Positions 1 to 14,600 of a stretch of DNA of 64,000 nt are shown in pieces; the first letter of the stretch is position 1, and each line of letters starts with the position of its first letter. The DNA is taken from contig CAXHJY010000442.1 of assembly GCA_964016885.1 (NCBI GenBank), positions 1 to 64,000 of the forward strand, written 5' to 3'. Both the position numbers and the translations under genes were made by a program. The notes below the pieces were generated by a model. It was not told the DNA's origin, did not search any database, and worked only from the letters and a program-made list of their open reading frames with translations. The DNA comes from Eledone cirrhosa (taxonomy: Eukaryota).

Positions 1-3000
1 CCAAAATTCCAAAAATTCCTAAAATTCCTAAATTCATAACATTTCTAAAATTCATAAAATTCATAAAATTCCAAAAATTCCTAAAAGTCCTAACATTCAT
101 AAAATTCCAAAAATTCATAAAAATCCTAAAATTCATAAAATTCATAAAATTCCTAAAATTTATAAAATTCATAACATTCATAAAATTCCTAAAATTCCTA
201 AAATTCCTAAAAATTCCTAAAATTCCTAAAATTCTTAATATTCCTAAAATTCCTAATATTTATAAAATTGCTAAAATTCCTAAAATTCCTAAAAATAGAT
301 AATATTCCGAAAATTCATAAAATTCATAAAATTTATAAAATTCCTAAAATTAAAATTCGTAAAATTGTAAAATTCATAAAATTCATAAAATTCCTAAAAT
401 TCATAAAAATTCATAAAATTCTTAAAATTCATAAATTCCTAAAATTCCAAAAATTCCTAAAATTCCTAAAATTCCTAAAATTCCTAAAATACATAAAATT
501 CCGAAAATTCAAAAAAATTCCTCAAAATTCCTAAAATTCCAAAACTTCCTAAAATTCCTAAGATTCCTAAAATTCCTAAAATTTATATAATTCATAAAAT
601 TCAGAAAATTCCTAAAAATTCATAAAATTCAAAAAATTCAAAAAAATTCTTAAAATTCCTAAAATTCATAGAAATTCCTAAAATTCCTAAAATTCCTAAA
701 ATTCATAAAATTCCGAAAATTCATAAAATTCATAAAATTTATAAAATTCCTAAAATTAAAATTCGTAAAATTGTAAAATTCATAAAATTCATAAAATTCC
801 TAAAATTCATAAAAATTCATAAAATTACGAAAATTCGGAAAAATTCCTAAAATTCCTAAAATTCATAAAATTCCTAAAATTCCTAAAATTCAAAAAAATT
901 CCTAAAATTCCTAAAATTCTTAAAATTCCTAAAATTCCTAAAATTCCTAAAATTCCTAAAATTCATAACATTTCTAAATTCGTAAAATTCATAAAATTCA
1001 TAAAATTCATAAAATTCCTAAAATTCCTAAAATTCCAAAAATTCATCAAATCCTAAAATTCCTAAAATTCATAAAATTAATAAAATTAATAACATTCATA
1101 AAATTCATAAAATTCATAAAATTCCTCAAATACATAAAAATTCCTAAAATTCCTAAAATTCCTAAATTAAAAAATTCCTAAAATTCCTAAAATTCCAAAA
1201 TTCCTAACATTCCTAAAATTCCTAAAATTCCCAAAATTCCAAAAATTCCTAAAATTCCTAAATTTCATAACATTTCTAAAATCATAAAATTCATAAATTC
1301 CAAAATTCCTAAAATTCCTAACATTCATAAAATTCCAAAAATTCATAAAAATCCTAAAATTCATAAAATTCCTAAAATTCCTAAAATTCATAACATTCAT
1401 AAAATTCCTAAAATTCCTAAAATTCCTAAAAATTCCTAAAATTCCTAAAATTCTTAATATTCCTAAAATTCCTAATATTTATAAAATTCCTAACATTCCT
1501 AAAATTCCTAAAAATACATAAAATTCCGAAAATTCAAAAAAATTCCTCAAAATTCCTAAAATTCCAAAATTCATAAAATTCATAAAAATTCATAAAATTC
1601 CTAAAATACCTAAAAATTCATAAAATTCCTAAAATTCCTAAAATTCCTAAAATTCCTAAGATTCCTAAAATTCCTAAAATTTATATAATTCAGAAAATTC
1701 AGAAAATTCGTAAAAATTCATAAAATTCAAAAAATTCAAAAATATTCCTAAAATTCCTAAAATTCTTAAAATTCCTAAAATTCCTCAAATTCCTCAAATT
1801 CCTAAAATTCATAAAATTCATAAAATTCATAAATTCCAAAAATTACTAAAATTCCTAAAATTCCTAAAGTTCCAAAAATTCATAAAAATCCTAAAATTCC
1901 TAAAATTTATAAAATTCATAAAATTCATAACATTCATAAAATTCCTAAAATTCATAAAATTCCTAAAATTCCTAAAATTCCTAAAATTCATAAAAATACA
2001 TAAAATACCGAAAATTCAAAAAATTCCTCGAAATTCCTAAAATTCTTAAAATTCCTAAAATTCCTAAAATTCCAAAAATTCCTAAAATTCCTAAAATTCC
2101 TAAAATTCATAAAATTCATAAAATTCATAACATTTCTAAAATTCATAAAATTCATAAAATTCCAAAAATTCCTAAAATTCCTAACATTCATAAAATTCCA
2201 AAAATTCATAAAAATCCAAAAATTCATAAAATTCATAAAATTCATAAAATTCATAACATTCATAAAATTCCTAAAATTCCTAAAATTCCTAAAAATTCCT
2301 AAAATTCCTAAAATTCTCAATATTCCTAAAATTCCTAATATTTATAAAATTCCTAAAATTCCTAAAATTCCTAAAAATACATAAAATTCCGAAAATTCAA
2401 AAAAATTCCCTGAAAATTCCGAAAATTCTTAAAATTCATAAATTCCTAAATTGCCAAAAATTCCTAAAATTCCTAAAATTCCTAAAATTCCTAAAATTCC
2501 TAAAAATACATAAAATTCCGAAATTCAAAAAAATTCCTCAAAATACCTAAAATTCCAAAAATTCATATAATTCATAAAATTCCTAAAATTCCTAAAATTC
2601 ATAAAATCATAAAATTCATAAAATTCCTCAAATACATAAAAATTCCTAAAATTCCTAAAATTCCTAAAATTCAAAAAATTCCTAAAATTCCTAAAATTCC
2701 AAAATTCCTAAAATTCCTAAAATTCCTAAAATTCCCAAAATTCCAAAAATTCCTAAAATTCCTAAATTTCATAACATTTCTAAAATTCATAAAATTCATA
2801 AAATTCCAAAAATTCCTAAAAGTCCTAACATTCATAAAATTCCAAAAATTCATAAAAATCCTAAAATTCATAAAATTCATAAAATTCCTAAAATTTATAA
2901 AATTCATAACATTCATAAAATTCCTAAAATTCCTAAAATTCCTAAAAATTCCTAAAATTCCTAAAATTCTTAATATTCCTAAAATTCCTAATATTTATAA

Positions 3001-6000
3001 AATTCCTAAAATTCCTAAAATTCCTAAAAATACATAATATTCCGAAAATTCATAAAATTCATAAAATTTATAAAATTCCTAAAATTAAAATTCGTAAAAT
3101 TGTAAAATTCATAAAATTCATAAAATTCCTAAAATTCATAAAAATTCATAAAATTCTTAAAATTCATAAAATTCCTAAAATTCCAAAAATTCCTAAAATT
3201 CCTAAAATTCCTAAAATTCCTAAAAATACATAAAATTCCGAAAATTCAAAAAAATTCCTCAAAATTCCTAAAATTCCAAAACTTCCTAAAATTCCTAAGA
3301 TTCCTAAAATTCCTAAAATTTATATAATTCATAAAATTCAGAAAATTCCTAAAAATTCATAAAATTCAAAAAATTCAAAAAAATTCTTAAATTCCTAAAA
3401 TTCATAGAAATTCCTAAAATTCCTAAAATTCATAAAATTCCGAAAATTCATAAAATTCATAAAATTTATAAAATTCCTAAAATTAAAATTCGTAAAATTG
3501 TAAAATTCATAAAATTCATAAAATTCCTAAAATTCATAAAAATTCATAAAATTACGAAAATTCGGAAAAATTCCTAAAATTCCTAAAATTCATAAAATTC
3601 CTAAAATTCCTAAATTCAAAAAAATTCCTAAAATTCCTAAAATTCTTAAAATTCCTAAAATTCCTAAAATTCCTAAAATTCATAACATTTCTAAAATTCG
3701 TAAAATTCATAAAATTCATAAAATTCCTAAAATTCCTAAAATTCCTAAAATTCCAAAAATTCATAAAAATCCTAAAATTCCTAAAATTCATAAAATTAAT
3801 AAAATTAATAACATTCATAAAATTCCTAAAATTCCTAAAATTCCTAAAAATTCATAAAATTCCGAAATTCCAAAAATTCCGAAAATTCCTAAATTCTTAA
3901 AATTCCTAAAATTACTAAAATTCGTAAAATTCATAAAATTCATAAAATTCCTAAAATTCCTCAAATTCCAAAAATTCATAAAATTAAAATTCCTAAAATT
4001 CAAAAAGTTCATAAAATTCCTAAAATTTATATAATTCATAAAATTTATAAAATTCCTAAAATTACTAAAATTCGTAAAATTCCTAAAATTCATAAAATTC
4101 CTTAAAATTCCGAAAATTCCGAAAATTCCAAAAATTCCAAAAATTCCTAAAATTACTAAAATTCATAAAATTCAAAAAATTCAAAAAATTCTTAAAATTC
4201 CTAAAATTCATAGAAATTCCTAAAAGTCCTAAATTCCTAAAATTCCTAAAATTCATAAAATTCATAAATTTATAAAATTCCTTAAATTAAAATTCGTAAA
4301 ATTGTAAAATTCCTAAAATTCATAAAATTCCTAAAATTCATAAAAATTCATAAAATTACGAAAATTCGGAAAAATTCCTAAAATTCCTGAAATTCCTAAA
4401 ATTCCTAAAATTCCTAAAATTCCTAAATTCCTAAATTCATAAAATTCATAAAATTCATAAAATTCATAAAATTCCTAAAATTCCTAAAATACATAAAAAT
4501 TTCGAAAATTCCTAAAATTCCTAAAATTCAAAAAATTCCTAAAATTCATAAAATTCCTAAAATTCTAAAATTCCTAATATTCCTAAAATTCCTAAAATTC
4601 CCAAAATTCCCAAAATTCCTAACATTCCAAAATTCCAAAAATTCATAAAAATCCTAAAATTCCTAAAATTCCTAAAATTCATAAAATTCATAAAATTCCT
4701 AAAATTCCTAAAAATTCCTAAAATTCCGAAAATTCCAAAAATTCCAAAAAATTCCTAAAATTCCTAAAATCCTTAAAATTCCTAAAATTCCTAAAATTCA
4801 TAAAATTCCTAAAATTCCTAAGATTCCTAAAATTCCTAAAATTTATATAATTCAGAAAAATCCTAAAAATTCATAAAATTCAAAAAATTCAAAAAAATTC
4901 CTAAAATTCCTAAAATTCTTAAAATTCCTAAAATTCCTAAAATTCCTAAAATTCCTAAAATTCATAACATTTCTAAAATTCGTAAAATTCATAAAATTCA
5001 TAAAATTCATAAAATTCATAAAATTCCTAAAATTCCTAAAATTCATAAAATTAATAACATTCATAAAATTCCTAAAATTCCTAAAATTCCTAAAATTCAT
5101 AAAATTCCGAAAATTCCAAAAAATTCCTAAAATTCCTAAAATTCTTAAAATTCCTAAAATTACTAAAATTCCTAACATTCCTAAAATTCCTAAAATTCCT
5201 AAATTCATAAAATTCCTAAAATTCCTAAAATTACTAAAATTCGTAAAATTGTAAAATTCCTAAAATTCCTAAAATTCCTAAAATTCCTAAAAATTCATAA
5301 AATTACGAAAATTCGGAAAAATTCCTAAAATTCCTAAAATTCCTAAAAATACATAAAATTCCGAAAATTCAAAAAATTCCTCAAAATTTCTAAAATTCCA
5401 AAAATTCATATAATTCATAAAATTCTTAAAATTCCTAAAATTCATAAAATTCATAAAATTCATAAAATTCCTCAAATACATAAAAATTCCTAAAATTCCT
5501 AAAATTCCTAAAATTCAAAAATTCCTAAAATTCCTAAAATTCCAAAATTCCTAAAATTCCTAAAATTCCTAAAATTCCCAAAATTCCAAAAATTCCTAAA
5601 ATTCCTAAATTTCATAACATTTCTAAAATTCATAAAATTCATAAAATTCCAAAAATTCCTAAAAGTCCTAACATTCATAAAATTCCAAAAATTCATAAAA
5701 ATCCTAAAATTCATAAAATTCATAAAATTCCTAAAATTTATAAAATTCATAACATTCATAAAATTCCTAAAATTCCTAAAATTCCTAAAAATTCCTAAAA
5801 TTCCTAAAATTCTTAATATTCCTAAAATTCCTAATATTTATAAAATTGCTAAAATTCCTAAAATTCCTAAAAATAGATAATATTCCGAAAATTCATAAAA
5901 TTCATAAAATTTATAAAATTCCTAAAATTAAAATTCGTAAAATTGTAAAATTCATAAAATTCCTAAAATTCCTAAAATTCATAAAAATTCATAAAATTCT

Positions 6001-8115
6001 TAAAATTCATAAAATTCCTAAAATTCCAAAAATTCCTAAAATTCCTAAAATTCCTAAAATTCCTAAAAATACATAAAATTCCGAAAATTCAAAAAAATTC
6101 CTCAAAATTCCTAAAATTCCAAAACTTCCTAAAATTCCTAAGATTCCTAAAATTCCTAAAATTTATATAATTCATAAAATTCAGAAAATTCCTAAAAATT
6201 CATAAAATTCAAAAATTCAAAAAAATTCTTAAAATTCCTAAAATTCATAGAAATTCCTAAAATTCCTAAAATTCCTAAAATTCATAAAATTCCGAAAATT
6301 CATAAAATTCATAAAATTTATAAAATTCCTAAAATTAAAATTCGTAAAATTGTAAAATTCATAAAATTCATAAAATTCCTAAAATTCATAAAAATTCATA
6401 AAATTACGAAAATTCGGAAAAATTCCTAAAATTCCTAAAATTCATAAAATTCCTAAAATTCCTAAAATTCAAAAAAATTCCTAAAATTCCTAAAATTCTT
6501 AAAATTCCTAAAATTCCTAAAATTCCTAAAATTCCTAAAATTCATAACATTTCTAAAATTCGTAAAATTCATAAAATTCATAAAATTCATAAAATTCCTA
6601 AAATTCCTAAAATTCCAAAAATTCATCAAAATCCTAAAATTCCTAAAATTCATAAAATTAATAAAATTAATAACATTCATAAAATTCATAAAATTCATAA
6701 AATTCCTCAAATACATAAAAATTCCTAAAATTCCTAAATTCCTAAAATTAAAAAATTCCTAAAATTCCTAAAATTCCAAAATTCCTAACATTCCTAAAAT
6801 TCCTAAAATTCCCAAAATTCCAAAAATTCCTAAAATTCCTAAATTTCATAACATTTCTAAAATTCATAAAATTCATAAAATTCCAAAAATTCCTAAAATT
6901 CCTAACATTCATAAAATTCCAAAAATTCATAAAAATCCTAAAATTCATAAAATTCCTAAAATTCCTAAAATTCATAACATTCATAAAATTCCTAAAATTC
7001 CTAAAATTCCTAAAAATTCCTAAAATTCCTAAAATTCTTAATATTCCTAAAATTCCTAATATTTATAAAATTCCTAACATTCCTAAAATTCCTAAAAATA
7101 CATAAAATTCCGAAAATTCAAAAAAATTCCTCAAAATTCCTAAAATTCCAAAATTCATAAAATTCATAAAAATTCATAAAATTCCTAAAATACCTAAAAA
7201 TTCATAAAATTCCTAAAATTCCTAAAATTCCTAAAATTCCTAAGATTCCTAAAATTCCTAAAATTTATATAATTCAGAAAATTCAGAAAATTCGTAAAAA
7301 TTCATAAAATTCAAAAAATTCAAAAATATTCCTAAAATTCCTAAAATTCTTAAAATTCCTAAAATTCCTCAAATTCCTCAAATTCCTAAAATTCATAAAA
7401 TTCATAAAATTCATAAATTCCAAAAATTACTAAAATTCCTAAAATTCCTAAAGTTCCAAAAATTCATAAAAATCCTAAAATTCCTAAAATTTATAAAATT
7501 CATAAAATTCATAACATTCATAAAATTCCTAAAATTCATAAAATTCCTAAAAATTCCTAAAATTCCTAAAATTCATAAAAATACATAAAATACCGAAAAT
7601 TCAAAAAATTCCTCGAAATTCCTAAAATTCTTAAAATTCCTAAAATTCCTAAAATTCCAAAAATTCCTAAAATTCCTAAAATTCCTAAAATTCATAAAAT
7701 TCATAAAATTCATAACATTTCTAAAATTCATAAAATTCATAAAATTCCAAAAATTCCTAAAATTCCTAACATTCATAAAATTCCAAAAATTCATAAAAAT
7801 CCAAAAATTCATAAAATTCATAAAATTCATAAAATTCATAACATTCATAAAATTCCTAAAATTCCTAAAATTCCTAAAAATTCCTAAAATTCCTAAAATT
7901 CTCAATATTCCTAAAATTCCTAATATTTATAAAATTCCTAAAATTCCTAAATTCCTAAAAATACATAAAATTCCGAAAATTCAAAAAAATTCCCTGAAAA
8001 TTCCGAAAATTCTTAAAATTCATAAAATTCCTAAATTGCCAAAAATTCCTAAAATTCCTAAAATTCCTAAAATTCCTAAAATTCCTAAAAATACATAAAA
8101 TTCCGAAAATTCAAA
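1..8115. repeat. Higher-order duplication, offset about 5.58 kb (1-2530 ~ 5578-8115), with an internal offset of about 2.74-2.84 kb
   Basis: Rare variants recur at a constant offset: 'attgctaaaattcc...aaaatagataat' at about 267 and 5845, and 'ttgccaaaaa' at 2451 and 8036. ORF-track pairs are 268/5846, 1167/6748 and 1988/7573. 'aaaagtcctaacattc' occurs at about 83, 2818 and 5661. Boundaries are approximate. Confidence 0.9.
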
Positions 8116-8609
8116 ATAATTCCTCAAAATTCCTAAAATTCCAAAATTCATAAAATTCATAAAAATTCATCAAATTCCTAAAATACCTAAAAATTCATAA
8201 AATTCCGAACATTCCAAAAAATTCCTAAAATTCCTAAAATTCCTAAAATTCCAAAAATTCATAAAATTCATAAAATTCCTAAAATTCCTAAAATTCCTAA
8301 GATTCCTAAAATTCCTAAAATTTATATAATTCAGAAAATTCAGAAAATTCCTAAAAATTCATAAAATTCAAAAAACTCAAAAATATTCCTAAAATTCCTA
8401 AAATTCTTAAAATTCCTAAAATTCCTCAAATTCCTCAAATTCCTAAAATTCATAAAATTTCTAAAATTCATAAAATTCATAAAATTCATAAATTCCAAAA
8501 ATTCCTAAAATTCCTAAAATTCCTAAAGTTCCAAAAATTCATAAAATCCTAAAATTCCTAAGATTCATAAAATTCATAAAATTCATAACATTCATAAAAT
8601 TCCTAAAAT

Positions 8610-11600
8610 TCATAAAATTCCTAAAAATTCCTAAAATTCCTAAAATTCCAAAAAATTCCTAAAATTCCTAAAATTCTTAAAATTCCTAAAATTACCAAAA
8701 TTCATAAAATTCCTAAAATTCCTAAAATTCCTAAATATCCTAAAATTCCTAAAATTCCTAACAATACATAAAATTCCGAAAATTCAAAAAAATTCCTCGA
8801 AATTCCTAAAATTCTTAAAATTCCTAAAATTCCTAAAATTCCTAAAATTCCAAAAATTCATAAAAATCCTAAAATTCATAAAGTTCATAAAATTCATAAA
8901 ATTCCTAAAATTCCTAAAATTCCTTAAAATTCCGAAAATTCCGAAAATTCCAAAAATTCCAAAAAATTCCTAAAATTACTAAAAATCATAAAATTCCTAA
9001 AATTCCTAAGATTCCTAAAATTCCTAAAATTTATATAATTCATAAAATTCAGAAAATTCCAAAACATTCATAAAATTCAAAAAATTCAAAAAAATTCTTA
9101 AAATTCCTAAAATTCATAGAAATTCCTAAAAGTCCTAAATTCCTAAAATTCCTAAAATTCATAAAATTCATAAAATTCATAAAATTTATAAAATTCCTTA
9201 AATTAAAATTCGTAAAATTGTAAAATTCATAAAATTCATAAAATTCATAAAATTCATAAAAATTCATAAAATTACGAAAATTCGGAAAAATTCCTAAAAT
9301 TCCTGAAATTCCTAAAATTCCTAAAATTCCTAAAAATACATAAAATTCCGAAAATTCAAAAAAATTCCTGAAAATTCCTAAAATTCCTAAATTCCTAAAA
9401 TTCATAAAATTCATAAAATTCCTAAAATTCCTAAAATACATAAAAATTTCGAAAATTCCTAAAATTCCTAAAATTCAAAAAATTCCTAAAATTCCTAAAA
9501 TTCCTAAAATTCCAAAATTCCTAATATTCCTAAAATTCCTAAAATTCCCAAAATTCCAAAAATTCCTAACATTCCAAAATTCCAAAAATTCATAAAAATC
9601 CTAAAATACCTAAAATTCATAAAATTCATAAAATTCATAAAATTCATAAAATTCCTAAAAATTCCTAAAATTCCGAAAATTCCAAAAATTCCAAAAAATT
9701 CCTAAAATTCCTAAAATCCTTAAAATTCCTAAAATTTCTAAAATTCATAATATTCCTAAAATTCCTAAGATTCCTAAAATTCCTAAAATTTATATAATTC
9801 AGAAAAATCCTAAAAATTCATAAAATTCAAAAAATTCAAAAAAATTCCTAAAATTCCTAAAATTCTTAAAATTCCTAAAATTCCTAAAGTTCCTAAAATT
9901 CCTAAAATTCATAACATTTCTAAAGTTCCAAAAATTCATAAAAATCCTAAAATTCCTAAGATTCATAAAATTCATAAAATTCATAACATTCATAAAATTC
10001 CTAAAATTCATAAAATTCCTAAAAATTCCTAAAATTCCTAAAATTCCAAAAGATTCCTAAAATTCATAAAATTCTTAAAATTCCTAAAATTACCAAAATT
10101 CATAAAATTCCTAAAATTCCTAAAATTCCTAAAATTCCTAAAATTCCTAAAATTCCTAAAATTCCTAAAAATACATAAAATTCCGAAAATTCAAAAAAAT
10201 TCCTCAAAATTCCTAAAATTCCTAAATTCCTAAAATTCCTAAAATTCATAAAATTCCTAAAATTCATAGAATTCATAAACTTGCTAAAATTCCTAAAATA
10301 CATAAAAATTCCTAAAATTCCTAAAATTCCTAAAATTTAAAAAATTCCTAAAATTCCTAAAATTCCAAAAATTCATAAAAATCCTAAAATTCATAAAGTT
10401 CACAAAATTCATAAAATTCCTAAAATTCCTAAAATTCCTTAAAATTCCGAAAATTCCGAAAATTCCAAAAATTCCAAAAAATTCCTAAAATTACTAAAAT
10501 TCATAAAATTCAAAAAATTCAAAAAAATTCTTAAAATTCCTAAAATTCATAGAAATTCCTAAAAGTCCTAAATTCCTAAAATTCCTAAAATTCATAAAAT
10601 TCATAAAATTTATAAAATTCCTTAAATTAAAATTCGTAAAATTGTAAAATTCATAAAATTCATAAAATTCCTAAAATTCATAAAAATTCATAAAATTACG
10701 AAAATTCGGAAAAATTCCTAAAATTCCTGAAATTCCTAAAATTCCTAAAATTCCTAAAATTCCTAAATTCCTAAAATTCCTAAAATTCCTAAAATTCATA
10801 AAATTCATAAAATTCCTAAAATTCCTAAAATACATAAAAATTTCGAAAATTCCTAAAATTCCTAAAATTCAAAAAATTCCTAAAATTCATAAAATTCCTA
10901 AAATTCTAAAATTCCTAATATTCCTAAAATTCCTAAAATTCCCAAAATTCCCAAAATTCCTAACATTCCAAAATTCCAAAAATTCATAAAAATCCTAAAA
11001 TTCCTAAAATTCCTAAAATTCATAAAATTCATAAAATTCCTAAAATTCCTAAAAATTCCTAAAATTCCGAAAATTCCAAAAATTCCAAAAAATTCCTAAA
11101 ATTCCTAAAATCCTTAAAATTCCTAAAATTCCTAAAATTCATAAAATTCCTAAAATTCCTAAGATTCCTAAAATTCCTAAAATTTATATAATTCAGAAAA
11201 ATCCTAAAAATTCATAAAATTCAAAAAATTCAAAAAAATTCCTAAAATTCCTAAAATTCTTAAAATTCCTAAAATTCCTAAAATTCCTAAAATTCCTAAA
11301 ATTCATAACATTTCTAAAATTCGTAAAATTCATAAAATTCATAAAATTCATAAAATTCCTAAAATTCCTAAAATTCCTAAAATTCATAAAATTAATAACA
11401 TTCATAAAATTCCTAAAATTCCTAAAATTCCTAAAAATTCATAAAATTCCGAAAATTCCAAAAAATTCCTAAAATTCCTAAATTCTTAAAATTCCTAAAA
11501 TTACTAAAATTCCTAACATTCCTAAAATTCCTAAAATTCCTAAATTCATAAAATTCCTAAAATTCCTAAAATTACTAAAATTCGTAAAATTGTAAAATTC

Positions 11601-14600
11601 CTAAAATTCCTAATATTCCTAAAATTCCTAAAAATTCATAAAATTACGAAAATTCGGAAAAATTCCTAAAATTCCTAAAATTCCTAAAAATACATAAAAT
11701 TCCGAAAATTCAAAAAAATTCCTCAAAATTCCTAAAATTCCAAAAATTCATATAATTCATAAAATTCCTAAAATTCCTAAAATTCATAAAATTCATAAAA
11801 TTCATAAAATTCCTCAAATACATAAAAATTCCTAAAATTCCTAAAATTCCTAAAATTCAAAAAATTCCTAAAATTCCTAAAATTCCAAAATTCCTAAAAT
11901 TCCTAAAATTCCTAAAATTCCCAAAATTCCAAAAATTCCTAAAATTCCTAAATTTCATAACATTTCTAAAATTCATAAAATTCATAAAATTCCAAAAATT
12001 CCTAAAAGTCCTAACATTCATAAAATTCCAAAAATTCATAAAAATCCTAAAATTCATAAAATTCATAAAATTCCTAAAATTTATAAAATTCATAACATTC
12101 ATAAAATTCCTAAAATTCCTAAAATTCCTAAAAATTCCTAAAATTCCTAAAATTCTTAATATTCCTAAAATTCCTAATATTTATAAAATTCCTAAAATTC
12201 CTAAAATTCCTAAAAATACATAATATTCCGAAAATTCATAAAATTCATAAAATTTATAAAATTCCTAAAATTAAAATTCGTAAAATTGTAAAATTCATAA
12301 AATTCATAAAATTCCTAAAATTCATAAAAATTCATAAAATTCTTAAAATTCATAAAATTCCTAAAATTCCAAAAATTCCTAAAATTCATAAAATTCCTAA
12401 AATTCCTAAAAATACATAAAATTCCGAAAATTCAAAAAAATTCCTCAAAATTCCTAAAATTCCAAAACTTCCTAAAATTCCTAAGATTCCTAAAATTCCT
12501 AAAATTTATATAATTCATAAAATTCAGAAAATTCCTAAAAATTCATAAAATTCAAAAAATTCAAAAAAATTCTTAAAATTCCTAAAATTCATAGAAATTC
12601 CTAAAATTCCTAAAATTCATAAAATTCCGAAAATTCATAAAATTCATAAAATTTATAAAATTCCTAAAATTAAAATTCGTAAAATTGTAAAATTCATAAA
12701 ATTCATAAAATTCCTAAAATTCATAAAATTCATAAAATTCCTAAAATTCCTAAAATTCAAAAAAATTCCTAAAATTCCTAAAATTCTTAAAATTCCTAAA
12801 ATTCCTAAAATTCTTAAAATTCCTAAAATTCATAGAAATTCCTAAAAGTCCTAAATTCCTAAAATTCCTAAAATTCATAAAATTCATAAAATTTATAAAA
12901 TTCCTTAAATTAAAATTCGTAAAATTGTAAAATTCATAAAATTCATAAAATTCATAAAATTCCTAAAAATTCCTAAAATTCCTAAAATTCCAAAAAATTC
13001 CTAAAATTCCTAAAATTCTTAAAATTCCTAAAATTACCAAAATTCATAAAATTCCTAAAATTCCTAAAATTCCTAAATATCCTAAAATTCCTAAAATTCC
13101 TAACAATACATAAAATTCCGAAAATTCAAAAAAATTCCTTGAAATTCCTAAAATTCTTAAAATTCCTAAAATTCCTAAAATTCCTAAAATTCCAAAAATT
13201 TAAAAATCCTAAAATTCATAAAGTTCATAAAATTCATAAAATTCCTAAAATTCCTAAAATTCCTTAAAATTCCGAAAATTCCGAAAATTCCAAAAATTCC
13301 AAAAAATTCCTAAAATTACTAAAAATCATAAAATTCCTAAAATTCCTAAGATTCCTAAAATTCCTAAAATTTATATAATTCATAAAATTCAGAAAATTCC
13401 AAAACATTCATAAAATTCAAAAAATTCAAAAAATTCTTAAAATTCCTAAAATTCATAGAAATTCCTAAAAGTCCTAAATTCCTAAAATTCCTAAAATTCA
13501 TAAAATTCATAAAATTCATAAATTTATAAAATTCCTTAAATTAAAATTCGTAAAATTGTAAAATTCATAAAATTCATAAAATTCATAAATTCATAAAAAT
13601 TCATAAAATTACGAAAATTCGGAAAAATTCCTAAAATTCCTGAAATTCCTAAAATTCCTAAAATTCCTAAAAATACATAAAATTCCGAAAATTCAAAAAA
13701 TTCCTGAAAATTCCTAAAATTCCTAAATTCCTAAAATTCATAAAATTCATAAAATTCCTAAAATTCCTAAAATACATAAAAATTTCGAAAATTCCTAAAA
13801 TTCCTAAATTCAAAAAATTCCTAAAATTCCTAAAATTCCTAAAATTCCAAAATTCCTAATATTCCTAAAATTCCTAAAATTCCCAAAATTCCAAAAATTC
13901 CTAACATTCCAAAATTCCAAAAATTCATAAAAATCCTAAAATACCTAAAATTCATAAAATTCATAAAATTCATAAAATTCATAAAATTCCTAAAAATTCC
14001 TAAAATTCCGAAAATTCCAAAAATTCCAAAAAATTCCTAAAATTCCTAAAATCCTTAAAATTCCTAAAATTTCTAAAATTCATAATATTCCTAAAATTCC
14101 TAAGATTCCTAAAATTCCTAAAATTTATATAATTCAGAAAAATCCTAAAAATTCATAAAATTCAAAAAATTCAAAAAAATTCCTAAAATTCCTAAAATTC
14201 TTAAAATTCCTAAAATTCCTAAAGTTCCTAAAATTCCTAAAATTCATAACATTTCTAAAGTTCCAAAAATTCATAAAAATCCTAAAATTCCTAAGATTCA
14301 TAAAATTCATAAAATTCATAACATTCATAAAATTCATAAAATTCATAAAATTCCTAAAAATTCCTAAAATTCCTAAAATTCCAAAAAATTCCTAAAATTC
14401 ATAAAATTCTTAAAATTCCTAAAATTACCAAAATTCATAAAATTCCTAAAATTCCTAAAATTCCTAAAATTCCTAAAATTCCTAAAATTCCTAAAATTCC
14501 TAAAAATACATAAAATTCCGAAAATTCAAAAAAATTCCTCAAAATTCCTAAAATTCCTAAATTCCTAAAATTCCTAAAATTCATAAAATTCCTAAAATTC

